Assembly: GCF_009914755.1 (NCBI RefSeq)
Contig: NC_060936.1
Length of the DNA: 64,000 bases
Strand: one strand, 5' to 3'
Origin: the human T2T-CHM13v2.0 reference genome, Homo sapiens
Shown here in pieces: positions 39,951-55,595 of this stretch (within the stretch, counting starts at the first letter, position 1; each line of letters opens with the position of its first letter). A program made the translations under genes and the position numbers. The notes under the pieces were generated by a model. The model did not search any database, had not been told where the DNA came from, and saw only the letters and a list, made by a program, of their open reading frames with translations.

Positions 39951-41589
39951 CAGTGCTAACTAACCTGGCTCTTACCTGCACGTTTGGGATGAATGTAGTG
40001 CCCAAATAGTGCCAGATTACGGGCCCCTGGTCATTGTTCTGTTTTGTGATTCACCAGAGGCCATTTCTGACCATTTCCTTCAGGTGCTCAAAATTGTGAG
40101 CCATGCAGCTAGCTCCTTACATTAGGAAAAAAACCTGCTCATCCCATTTATTGGAAGCCCAGAGCGATATTACTTCAATTAAATTGATTCAGTATTTGTC
40201 AAAGTTCTCCCAGCTACAGAAATCGCGCCTTGAAACAATCAGAAGGAAAATTTAACCTGGCAAGACTCTACATTTTTATTAATATAATTTTTAAAGACAG
40301 TGCCTTATATAACCCAGTCATAATCCCTCTAGGATAAGATAGAGAGAGGGGAGGGAAAAAGACTACATTAGCTTGGAGTTGAAATCATTTATTGTGAAGA
40401 TTCATGGAAAGCACTATAAAGTCAGATTCTGGCATTTAAGAAAATAGAAAATACTTTAGTATTTCCCTGGCACTAGGTTACATAATAGTAGGCACATGGT
40501 CACCCTGTCTTGTTTTTTTCTGTCTTTGCACCTAAAAAAAAGCTATTTCAAGATAATCTACTGCTGAAAAATCAAAAAGATAAAGTTCAGGCTTCAGAGT
40601 GTTATTAAAGCAGGCACTTTGACCTCTCAAAACTTGACCTCTTAGAGGCCAACTATTCTAGCTCTTCCCTCTGTGTTTCATCAGAAGTAATTGAAACATA
40701 CCAGAAGACTGAGAATCTGTTCTATTTTTAGAGGCCTAGAAAATAAATCTCCATCATTAACTCATTTCCCTCTACACTAACCCTCTGAAACTTCTTCCGC
40801 ATGTCCAAAGGCCCTCAGGCTTCCTTTGCCTTCCTCCAAACCTGATCAACACCATCCATAAAACCACTTCTTGCTATTGGAATGCTCTTGGCTGCACTTA
40901 ACAGAAACCCTGATGTAAACTAACTCAGGAAACTTACCATATCTCCCCACAGCAAATCTGAGGTCATGTGGACTCTGGAGTTGTTTGATTTTGTGACTCA
41001 AGAATATCCTTGAGGATACCAAGCTCAGAACTTGTTTTAACTTGTTTTAATGTCAGGCTGGTAGCAAGATCCAGTACACATGCAGACAGGACAAAATCCA
41101 GAGAGAGAAGAGCCATCGCTTCTTCCTACGTATCCTCTTAGAAAAAAGAAAGCCTTTTTTGGAAATTCATCAGCAGACTTCCTTCCACGTTTCTTGGTCA
41201 CAATTGGCTATTCTTGAACCAGGTATTGCAAAGAAGGACAAAATGTTCACATTCAACTGATCACAAGTAGCATAGACCACAAAGACCACTACATCTGTTT
41301 GTCCTTCCTTCTGCTGTTTCTATCTGGCCTCCGGCCCTGGTATAGGGTATGTACCCTATACAGTTTACTCCACTAATTGGGAAGAAAGATGAAAAAGAGA
41401 AGGAAAAGAGAACAAATAGGAGTGCAGGGATAGATCAAGACTGTAATTCGGTATACAACTTAAAAGTGGAAGAACTGAATTTATTGAACAGAATCTTTTC
41501 TATATTTTTTTAAGTAAGTGAGTTAGATCACATGTTACTAGAGTTTTCATTTAACCTTAAAAAGTTGTGATCTGACTATTGATAGGAGC

Positions 41590-41780
41590 ATTGGCAGTGA
41601 AGTCAGACAAGCACTTGTGTCTTTAGGTCAAGTAGTTTAATTGTATTGAGCCTTGGTTTCTTTGTCTGAAAAATAGAAATAATAATCACCTTGTTGGTTG
41701 CTGTTAGCACTAGAAATATCATACGACCAGTGCTAGCATCACACCTGGTACTTTATATATAGACAATTAATTTTTTAAAA
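41590..41780 (+). mobile_element. MIR
   Basis: gtgtctttaggtcaagtagtttaa...gagccttggtttctttgtctgaaaaatagaaataataat. Confidence 0.6.
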
Positions 41781-42209
41781 AAGTTGTTTACAATAAAAAG
41801 ACAAGGAATTTGAGATGCTGGAGAAGTCACCAAGAAAGTTGACAACAGGGACCCCGGAAAGGCCAAATACTTTTGATTGATGATCATAGAGGGTAACTGC
41901 CAATATTGAATCATTCATTGTACTAAATGCTTTACTTATGTTGTCTCACCTAAACTTGTATTGCTTTCCTCGTTTTGCAGATGGGCATTCAGAAGGTCAT
42001 ATGACTGGTAAGTGGATGAGCCTGCTTGGAGATCTGGATTTGCCTTCTGCCGAAGCGCAGGCTCCTGACCAGCACAGGGTCATGTTTCCAGACATACGTC
42101 CCTTTATTCAAGGTTACCTGGGTTGTGCATTCTGAACAAACCAGGCTAACACAGTATCCTAGTTTTTAGACTTCTTTGACTTGTGCTTTATTTATATATA
42201 GAATCTTTT

Positions 42210-44440
<2,231 letters not shown>

Positions 44441-45620
44441 AAAATATGCCCTTGCTTCTTCTTTGCTTTCTGCCATAATTGTGAGGCCTCCCTAGCCATG
44501 TGGAACTATGATTCCATTAAACCTTTTTCCTTTATAAATTACCCAGTCTCAAGTATGTCTTTATGAGCAGCATAAGAACAGACTAATACAGTAAATTGTT
44601 ACTGCAGAGAGTCCATCGCTGCTGTAAAGATACCTGAAAATGTGGAAGCATTTTGGAACTGGGTAACAGGCAGAGGTTGAAACAGTTTGGAGGGCTCAGG
44701 AGACAGAAAGATGTGGGAAAGTTTGGCACTTCCTAGAGACTTGTTAAATGCCTTGACCAAAATGCTGATAGTGATAGAGATATGGACAATAAGGTCCAGG
44801 CTGAAGCAGTCTCGGATGGAGATGAGGAACTTGGGAACTGGAATAAAGGTCACTCTTGCTATACAAACAGTCTGGCGCCATTTTCCCCCTGCCATAGAGA
44901 TCTGTTGAACTTTGAACTTGAGAGAGATGATTTAGGTTATCTGGTGGAAGAAATTTCTAAGCAGCAAAGTGTTCAAGAGGAAGCAGAGCATAAAACTTTG
45001 GAAAATTTGCAGCCTGACAATGTGATGGAAAAGAAAACCCCATTTTCTGGTGGAGAAATTCAAGCCAACTGCAGAAATTTGCATAAAGTAACAACGAGCT
45101 GAATGTTAACCACCAAGACAATGGGGAAAATATCTCCAGGGTATGTCAGAGGCCTTCACAGGAGCCCTTCCCATCACAGGCCCAGAGGCCCAAAAGGGAA
45201 AAATGGTTGTGTGGGCTGGGACCAGCACCCACCCCCATTTGCTGTGTGCAGCCTAGGGGCTTGGTGCCCTGCATCTCAGCTGCTCCAGCCATGGCTAAAA
45301 AAAGCTAAGGTACAGCTGAGTCCATGGCTCCAGAGGGTGCAAGTCCCAAGCCTTGGCAGCTTCCACAAGGTGTTGAGCCTACAGGTGCATAGAAGTCATG
45401 AATTGAGGTTTGGGAACCTCCATCTAGATTTCAGAGGATGTATGGAAACACCTTGGTATCCAGGCAGAAGTTTCCTGCAGGGGTGGGGCCCTTTGGAGAA
45501 CCTCTCCTAAGGCAGTGCAGAGCCCCCACACAGTCCCCACTGGAGTACTGCCTAGTGGAGCTGTGAGAAAAGAGCCATTCTCCTCTAGACCCCAGAATGT
45601 TAGATCCACTGATAGATTGC
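44441..45620 (+). mobile_element. THE1 (A/B-like) element: 3' part of the 5' LTR (44441-44590) plus 5' ~1 kb of THE1-internal
   Basis: ttgtgaggcctccctagccatgtggaact...agactaataca followed by gtaaattg...gctgctgtaaagatacctgaaaatgtggaagc. Confidence 0.9.
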
Positions 45621-45741
45621 AGATGGCCTATTGTGGGACTTCACTTTGTGACTGCATGAGTCAATACTCCTTAATAAACTCCCTTTCATATATACATCTA
45701 TCCTATTAGTCCTATTTCTCTAGAGAACCCTGACTAATACA
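45613..45741 (+). mobile_element. MLT2A (HERV-L) LTR 3' end
   Basis: gcagatggcctattgtgggact...gagtcaatactccttaataaactccc...ctagagaaccctgactaataca. Confidence 0.85.
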
Positions 45742-46519
45742 CCATCATTTTCAGAATGATTATAAAATCTTTATTTCATCAATGCATAGTTATGGACAGT
45801 GCATACATTATGAATACCTGTTACATTCTGCAAGCATGGGCACTACCTCTGCCAATCTAAATTGGAGTTTATTACCCATAATTTGATTCACAAGTTAGAG
45901 TAAGTCCTACTCCCAACTCAAGAAATTTCCAAATTCTCAATACAAAAGGCACAAAGCAAGTCTGCAGAAAGGCATTATATTTTGTTTACAAATTGTTCCC
46001 TATCACTGTGTTTTCTGATGTTTTAGTGAACTTGATGGTTCTTCTGAATTAAATTCATTGATCCTACCAGATCTGACAAGAGGGGATTTGAACCGTAATG
46101 TGTACACATAAAGCAGCTGGAGGCTTACTTGAAGAATAAATTCAGCCTTTGAAAGAAGGTGTTGGGAAGAATAAACCCAATATCACAGCCTATGAGGAAC
46201 ACTTGTCTTTTGTAAAATGCCAAAGTCATTTCAGAGTGGTGATTTCAAGCAGATTACTTTGGAGGGAACAAAAGCAAGGATCAAAATAACAATCATGACA
46301 CACAAAGCAGAAAGACTAATGTGAGGAAGAGAAAACACTGTTCTTGTAACAATCAATGGCTCATATATTTGAATTATAGGCCAGAAAGATCTTAGAGTCT
46401 CCACTGCTGACCACAAAGCTCAAAAAACTTTAAAGACTATAAAAAAATTTTAATTCCTTTTTATTGTGTTATCACATAGGGAACTAGAGAAGACTTGAAG
46501 GTAAAGACCAACAATGGGC

Positions 46520-47085
<566 letters not shown>

Positions 47086-47224
47086 TTTAAAGATATTATT
47101 TTTTGATAAATTCAATAAATGTTAATACTACATTACTAGCTTCATTGTTATTTAAGCACTATGAGACATTTGGTAACAATCCATGAAGCATTTCTGTCTT
47201 ACATTAAAATAATATGGCCAGACC

Positions 47225-48595
47225 TGTATTAGTCCATTCTTATGCTGCTGTAAAGAATTGCCCAAGGCTGAGTAATTTGTAAAAGAAGAGATTTAATTGA
47301 CTCACAGTTCCACAAAGCTGGGGAGGCCTCAGGAAACTTACAATTATGGTGGAAGGGGAAGCAAACATGTCCTTCTTCACATGGTGGCAGGAAGGAGAAG
47401 ATGAGCTAAACAGGGAAAAGCTCCTTATAAAACCATTAGATCTCATGAGAACTCACTATCTCAAGAACAGCATGAAGGTAGCTGCCCCCATGATTCAATT
47501 ACCTCCCATCGGGTCCCTCCCACAACACAGAGGGGGTTGTGGGAACACAATTCAAAATGAGATTTGGGTGGGGACACAGCCAAACCATATCATTCTGCCC
47601 CTGGCCCCTCCCAAATCTCATGTACTCACATTTCAAAACACAACCATGCCCTTCCAACAGTTTCCCAAAGTCTTAACTTATTCCAGCATTAACTCAAAAG
47701 TCCAAGTCCACAGTCTCATCTGAGACAAGGAAAGTCCCTTCTGCATATGAGCCTATAAAATCAAAAGCAAGTTAGCTACTTCCTAGATACAATGAGGGTA
47801 CAGGCATTGAGTAAATACACCCATTCCAAATGGAAGAAACTGGCCAAAACAAAGGGGCTACAGGCCCCATGCAAGTCCAAAATCCAATAGGGCAGTCATT
47901 AAACCTTAAAGTTCCAAAATGACCTCCTTTGACTCCATGTCTCACATCCAGGGGACATTGATGCAAGAGATGGGCTACGACAGCCTTGGGCAGCTCTGTC
48001 CCTGTGGCTTTGCGGTTACATCCCCACTCCTGGCTGCTTTCACAGGCTGGCATTGAATGTCTATGGCTTTTCCACTTGCATGATGCAAACTGTAGGTGGA
48101 TCCGCCATTTTAGGTCTGGGGGACAGTGGCCCTTTTCTCACAGTTCCACTAGGCAGTGCCCCAGTGGGGACTTGGTGTGGGGGCTCCAACCCCACATTTC
48201 CCTTCCACACTGCCCTAGCAGAGGTTCTCCATGAGGGCTCTGCCCCTGCATCAAACTTGCCTGAACATCAGGCATTTCCATACATCCTCTGAAATTCAGG
48301 CAGAGGTTCCCAAACCTCAATTCTTGACTTCTGTGCATCCACAGGCCCAATGCCACATGTAAGCTGCCAAGGTTTGGGGCTTGCACCCTGTGAAGCAATG
48401 GCCTGAGCTGTACATTGGTCCCTTTTAGCCACAGCTGGAGCTGAAGCAGCTGAGATGCAGGGCACCCTGTCCTGAGTCTGCATAGAACCGGAAGACCCTA
48501 GGCCCGGCCCATGAAACCATTTTTCCCTCTTAAGCCTCCAGGCCTGTGATGGAAGGGGCTGCCGTGAAGGTCTCTGACATGCTCTGGAGATGTTG
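47225..48595 (-). mobile_element. THE1D-like element: 3' LTR (47225-47592) plus 3' ~1 kb of internal sequence
   Basis: tgtattagtccattct...gaggcctcaggaaacttacaat...ccaaaccatatca then ttctgcccctggcccctcccaaatctcatgt (reverse THE1-int 3' end). Confidence 0.9.
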
Positions 48596-49377
48596 CACAT
48601 TACATGAGAATTGTTATAGATCATCAAATAACATTTTAAACGTGTTTTTGTGGCTGGAAGTTACTACCTAGTTTTACTAATGCCTTCAATTTCTCAAATT
48701 ATTCACTGCAGCATTGACTAGAACAAAAGACTGGAGATAACCAGCATTTCCTAAATATTTGACTACTGAAAGCAGAGCACCTCATTTGACGAGAGCACCT
48801 CAGAATTCGATCTGGAACCCTGGACCACTCAGAGTCATGCTGCAGATACAGAGGCAGTGCCTGAACTTACACACCACACATGGACTAGTAACTGGTGCCT
48901 AAGAAAGGCACTTCCTCCCTGTAGACCTCAACTTTATCTAATCTGCATAATGGAGGACAGCTACACATATCTTCCTCATCCTTCCCATAATTATAGTGTT
49001 GAATTTGTAGTAAGATGTGACATTTTTCTTATTCTGTCTTGTGTTACATTTACCTGCATCCTTGTCCTATTTAAACCCAGTAGGCTGCAAACTCCTTGAG
49101 TACAAAGATTTTGCCTTTGCTTGCAAAGCACTAAAAAATGTTTAATGGATGGAATAATCTAATTATGCAATAGACAATAAATATAAAAGAATTAGGGAAG
49201 GAAAAAGCCAGTGGGGTCTGGTGATATTCTGGAAGCAGAAACGTGAAGGACAAAAAATGCAGAGTGAAGTGGTAAGGAAGGGGAGGGAACAGAATCAGGG
49301 GGGCTCACCTAAGTGAATGAAAGAAGCAGTAATAATAAGATCTATAGTGGTCACAATACCAGTTTGAGCTATTCTGG

Positions 49378-49387
49378 GTGGTGGTGG

Positions 49388-49426
<39 letters not shown>

Positions 49427-49696
49427 GAGACAAGGTCTCACTCTGTTGCCCCGTCTGGTGTAATCACAGATCACTGCAGCCTCCACCTCCTAGGCTCAGG
49501 CAATCCTCCCATCTCAGCCTCCCTAGTAGCTAGGACTACAGGCACATGCCACCATGCCCAGTTAATTTTTGTAGTTCTTGTAGAGATGGGGTTTCACCAT
49601 GTTGCCCAGACTGGTCTCAAATTCCTGAGCTCAAGTGATGCTCCTGCCTTGGTGTCCCAGAATGCTGGGATTACAGGTGAGAGCCACTGTACCCAA
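49378..49696 (-). mobile_element. AluJ-like element with (AAC)n tail
   Basis: (gtt)n then tttgagacaaggtctcactctgttgccc...ctcaagtgat...gagccactgtaccc. Confidence 0.88.
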
Positions 49697-50134
49697 ATAC
49701 CAGTACTTAGTATTATGGTATTTAAAAGTATATTTTATCTTAATAATTTACACATTGAAATGCTCCCAGAGAGTTATAGGCACTTCTTTTTTGTTTTATT
49801 TTTTTAAGGATGGTATTCTGACCACAATCACAAGCGAGGGTTACCTTTTCTTCTACCCCACCTCCCCTATCAGTGCTCTGAGTCACCATCCCTCAATCAC
49901 CCACCCCTGTGCTGGCTGTGTCAGATCCTTCCCAGGGAGCCTCACCTGGACTTGTCTTCCTAACGCTGTCACCCACCAGCTATTCCCCTACAGTAATACA
50001 AGTGTCCTATCCCAGTTCCTCCATAATAGTTTAACTGTAAACTCAGTAGGTAAATGGGCTTAATCTGCTAAGAGAACTATTTACATTTTTAAGAAGACCA
50101 TAGTAGTTCCATCCAAGGGAATATTTTTAATGGT

Positions 50135-50350
50135 AATAATAATATCCACCATTGAATGTTAGACATTTGTCTAACATATGCTAAGTATTGTAAAGATGTT
50201 GCCTAAATCGCATTAAGCCCTGGACTTAGGTTATAATTATCTCAGTTTTTATGTATGAGAAAAATGAAGATGTAGAGAACCAAGCTTTTGTCCAAGGTCA
50301 CAAAGCTGATGGATGGCACCAAGAGCCACTGTGCTCTAAATGGTGCTATC
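50135..50350 (-). mobile_element. MIR
   Basis: tatgagaaaaatgaagatgtagaga...ttgtccaaggtcacaaagctg. Confidence 0.6.
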
Positions 50351-51740
50351 TCACTGCATTTTAGTCACTGCAGGAAATGAGGGAGAGGGTTGGGGTCTCA
50401 CAACATCATCCAAGCCATAAAACAAAACACTTAGAATTAGAAGGCCTGAATTATAATCCTTGCATCTGCCCATATTTCTTTCAAAACCCTGGATAAATTA
50501 CAACTTTTCTTGCCTAGGTTTCCTCAACTGAAAATTAGCATAGTAACACCCGCCCTGTCTACCTTGAATGACAGAAAAGGCTACAGTGAGAAGGGTAGGT
50601 AGCAGCGTTTTCTAGCTCTTAAATTCTACCAAATGTAAGGCATTTTTCTTCAGGTAGCAAAGCACTCTGCTTGTAGGATGAATGCTGGTCAGCCCTTTAA
50701 GGTACTAAGTTTCTGAGCTCAGGATGTTGATTTTTGGTGGAAAAGCATTTGCGATCCAGTTTCCAATTGTCCATGCTTTTTTTTTTTTGTCTTTTTACAT
50801 CCATAAATATGACAGTTGACATTATAAAATTATTTCTAGTACTGATAACTCAATATATTTGTTTTCCCTGAATTGTGCCCATATTACAAGTAAATCAAAT
50901 ATATCAAATATTTCTTGTCTCTTTTACTTCCATTCAAATGGATCACAAAATTGACATTTTTATTTTGATATAGTTTTTTTGGTGGTTCATCACTTTTTTT
51001 TTACTTGTACAAATGTATGGTGTGGGGCACATGTGAAATGTTGTCATGTTTATGTAATTTGTAGTGATCAAGTCAGGGTATTTAGGGTGTCCAAGTTTAA
51101 TACATTTTTGTAAACTATAGTCACCCTACTGTGCTATGAGACATTGGATTTATTCCCTCTATATAATTGTATATTTCTACGCTTTAACACACTTCTCTTC
51201 ACCTTCCCCTCTCCCCCACATTCACCCTTGTCAGTCTCTGTTATCTGTTTTCCACTTTCTACCTCCATGGGGATTAAATATTTTAGTACCCACCCACATA
51301 CAAGTAAGAACATGTGGTATTTGTTTTTTTGTGCCTAGCTTATTTAACTTAAGATAATGACCTCCAGTTCTATTCATGTTGCTGCAAATATGATTTTATT
51401 CCTTTTCATGGCCAAATAGTACTCCATTATATATACATACCACATTTTCTTTATCCATTCATCCATTAATGGACATTTAGATTGATTCCATATCTTTGCT
51501 ATTGTGCTTCAATAAATGTAAATATAATAGTGCAGCAATTATGGGAGTACATGGGAGTGCAGGCATGCTTTTGATATATTAATTTCTTTTCTATTGAGTA
51601 GATAGATACCAAGTGATTGGACTGCTCCTATCTGTAATTTTTTGAGAAATCTCTATACTGTTTTTCAGAGTGGCTGTAATAGTTTACAGTACCACCAACA
51701 AAGTATAAGTGTCCTCTTTTCTCTGCATCCTCACCAACAT

Positions 51741-54700
51741 ATTTTTTATTATTATCATTATTTTACTTTAAGTTCTGAGATACATGTGCTGGTTTGTTAC
51801 GTAGGCATACATGTGCCATGGTGGTTTGCTGCATCTATCAACATGTCATCTAGATTTTAAGCCCTGCATGCATTAGGTATTTGTACTCATGCTCTCCCTC
51901 TCCTCCCCCTCAACCCCCTCACAAACCCTGGTGTGTGATGTTCCCCTCCCTGTGTCCATGTGTTCCCATTCTTCAACTTATGAGTGAGAACATGTGGTGT
52001 ATTTTCTGTTCCTGTGTTAGTTTGCTGAGAATGATGGTTTCCAGCTTCATCTATGTCCCTGCAAAAAACATGAACTCATTCTTTTTTATGGCTGCATAGT
52101 ATTCCATGGTGTATACGTGCCACATTTTCTTTATCCAGTCTATTATTGATAGGCATTTGGGTTGGTTCCAAGTCTTTGCTATTGTAAATAGTGCTACAAT
52201 AAACATATGTGTGCATGGGTCTTTATAGTAGAATGATTTATGATCCTTTGGGTATATATCCAGTGATGGAATTGCTGGGTCAAATGGTATTTCTGGTTCT
52301 AAATCTTTTAGGAATCACCACACCATCTTTGGTTGAACTAATTTACACTCCCACCAATAGTGTAAAAACGTTCCTATTTCTCCACAGCCTCACCAGCATC
52401 TGTTGTTTCCTGACTTTGTAATGATCACCATTCTAACTGGAGTGAGATGGTATCTTATTGTGGTTTTGATTTGCATTACTCTAGTGACCAGTGATGATGA
52501 GCTTGTTTCCATATGTTTGTTGGCTGCATAAATTTCTTCTTTTGAGAAGTGTCTGTTCATATCCTTCTCCCACTTTTTGATGATGTTGTTTGCTTTTTTC
52601 TTGTGTTTGTTTAAGTTCCTTGTACATTCTAGATATTAGACCTTTGTCAGATGTACAGATTGCAAAAATTTTCTCCCATTTGGTAGGTTGCCTGTTCACT
52701 CTGATGATAGTTTCCTTTGCTGTGCAGAAGTTCTTTAGTTTAATTAGATTCCATTTGTCAATTTTGGCTTTTGTTGCCATTGCTTTTTGTGTGTTAGTCA
52801 TGAAGTCTTTGCCCATGCTTATGTCCTGAATGGTATTGCCTAGGTTTTATTCTAGAGTTTTTATGGTTTGGGGTTTTACATTTAACTCTTTAAGCCATCT
52901 TGAGTTAATTTTTGTATAAGGTGTGAGGCAAGGATCCAGTTTCTGTTTTCTGCATATGACTAGCCAGTTTTCCCAGCACCATTTATTAAATAGGGAGTCC
53001 TTTCCTCATTGCTTATTTTTGTCAGGTTTGTTGAAGATCAGATGGTTGTAGACGTGTGTTGTTATTTCTGAGGCTCTGTTCTGTTCCATTGATCTATATA
53101 TCTGTTTTAGTACCAGTACCATGCTGGTTTGGTTACCGTAGCCTTATAGTATACTTTGAAGTCAGGTAGTGTGGTGCCTCCAGCTTTGTTCTTTTTGCTT
53201 AGGATTGGCTTGGCTATAGGGGCTCTTTTTTGGTTTCATATGAAATTTTAGGTAGTTTTTTCTAATTCTGCAAAGAAAGTCAATGTTAGCTTGATGAGAA
53301 TAGCATTGAATCTATACATTACTTTGGGCAATATGGACATTTTCATGATATTGATTCTTCCTATCTATAAACATGGATTTTTTTCCATTTGTTTGTGTCC
53401 TCTCTTATTTCCTTGAACAGTGGTTTGTAGTTCTCTTTGAAGAAGTCCTTCACATCCCTTGTAAGTTGTATTCCTAAGTATTTTATTCTCTTTGTAGCAA
53501 TTGTGAATGGGAGTTCACTCCTGATTTGGCTCTCTATTATTGGTGGACAGGAGTGCTTGTGAGTTTTGCACATTGATTTCATATCATGAGACTTTGCTGA
53601 AGTTGCTAATCAGCTTAAGGAGTTTTTGAGCTGAGACGATGGGGTTTTCTAAATATACAATCATGTCATCTGCAAACAGAGACAATTTGACTTCCTCTCT
53701 TCCTATTTGAATACACTTTATCTCTTTCTCTTGCCTGATTGCCCTGGCCAGAACTTCCAACACTATGTTGAATAGGGGTGGTGAAAGAGGGCATTCTTGT
53801 CTTGTGCCAGTTTTCAAAGGAAATGCTTCCAGTTGTTGTCCATTCAGTATGATATTGGCTATGGGTTTGTCATAAATAGCTCTTATTGTTTTGAGATATG
53901 TTCCATCAATACCTAGTTTATTGAGAGTTTTTAGCATGAAGCGATGTTGAATTTTATCAAAGGCCTTTTCTGCACCTGTTAAGATAATCCTGTAGTTTTT
54001 ATCATTGGCTCTGTTTATGTGATGGATTATGTTTATTGATTTGTGTATAGTGAACCAGCCTTGCATCTCAGGGATGAAGCTGACTTGATCATGGTGGATA
54101 AGCTTTTTGATGTGCTGCTGGATTTGGTTTGCCAGTATTTTATTGAGGATTTTTGCATTGATGTTCATCAAGGATATTGGCCTGAAATTTTCTTTTTTTG
54201 TTGTGTCTCTGCCAGGTTTTGATATCAAGATGATGCTGGCCTCATATTATGAGTTAGGGAGGAGTGTTTCTTTTTCTATTGTTTGGAAGAGTTTCAGAAG
54301 GAATGGTACCAGCTCCTCTTTGTACCTCTGGTAGAATTCAGCTGTGAATCTGTCTGGTCCTGGGCTTTTTTTGGTGGGTAAGCTATTAATTACTGCCTCA
54401 ATTTCAGAATTTGTTATTGGTCTATTCAGGGATATGCCTTCTTTCTGCGTTAGGCTTGGGAGTGTGTATGTGTCTAGGAATTTATCCATTTCTTCTAGAT
54501 TTTCTAGTTTATTTGCATAGAGGTGTTTATAGTATTCTGTGATGGTAGTTTGCATTTCTGTGGGATCAGTGGTGATATCCCCTTTATCATTTTTTATTGT
54601 GTCTATTTGATTCTTCTCTCTTTTCTCTTTTATTAGTCTGGCTAGTGGTCTATCTATTTTGTTAATCTTTTCAAAGAAAAACATCTCCTGGATTCACTGA

Positions 54701-55561
54701 TTTTTTTGGAGGGTTTTTTTCTATCTCTACCTCCTTCAGTTCTTCTCTGATCTTAGTTATTTCTTCTTTTCTGCTAGCTTTTGAATTTGTTTGCTCTCGC
54801 TTCTCTAGTTCTTTTAGTTGTGATGTTTGGGTGTCTATTTCAGGTCTTTCCAGCTTTCTGATGTGGGCATTTAGTGCTATAAATTTCCCTCTTAACACTG
54901 CTTCAGTTGTGTCCCAGAGATTCTGGTACATTGTCTCTTTGTTCTCATTGGTTTCAAAGAACTTATTTATTTCTGCCTTAATTTTGTTATTTACCCAGTA
55001 GTCATTCAGGAGCAGGTTGTTCAATTTCCATGTAGTTTTGCAGTTTTGAGTGAGTTTCTTAACCCTGAGTTCTAATTTGATTGCACTGTGGTCTGAGGGA
55101 CTGTTTGTTATTATTTTTGCTCTTTTGTATTTGCTGAGGAGCAGAATTATGTGGTCGATTTTAGAATAAGTGCTACACAGGCCCCTCTTCTCCATGTTTG
55201 GTGCTGAGAAGAATGTATATTGTGTTGATTTGGAGTGGAGAGTTCTGTAGATGTCTATTAAGTCTGCTTGGTCCAGAGTTGAGTTCAAGTCCTGAATATC
55301 CTTGTTAATTTTCTGTCTTGTTGATCTGTCTAACATTGACAGTAGGGTGTTAAAGTCTCTCACTATTATTGTGTGGGAGTCTAAGTCTCCTTGTAGGTCT
55401 CTAATAACTTGTTTTATAAATCTGAGTACTCCTATATTTAGGATAGTTATCTCTTTTTGTTGCCTCAATCCCTTTACCATTATGTAATGCCCTTCTTGGT
55501 CTTTATTGATCTTTGTTGGTTTAACATCTGTTTTTATCAGACCCTAGGATTGCAATCCCTG

Positions 55562-55595
<34 letters not shown>

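Noticed and set aside
49295-49807. PolyQ (-) and polyL signal-peptide-like (+) ORFs
   Set aside because: They are translations of an AluJ and its (AAC)n tail
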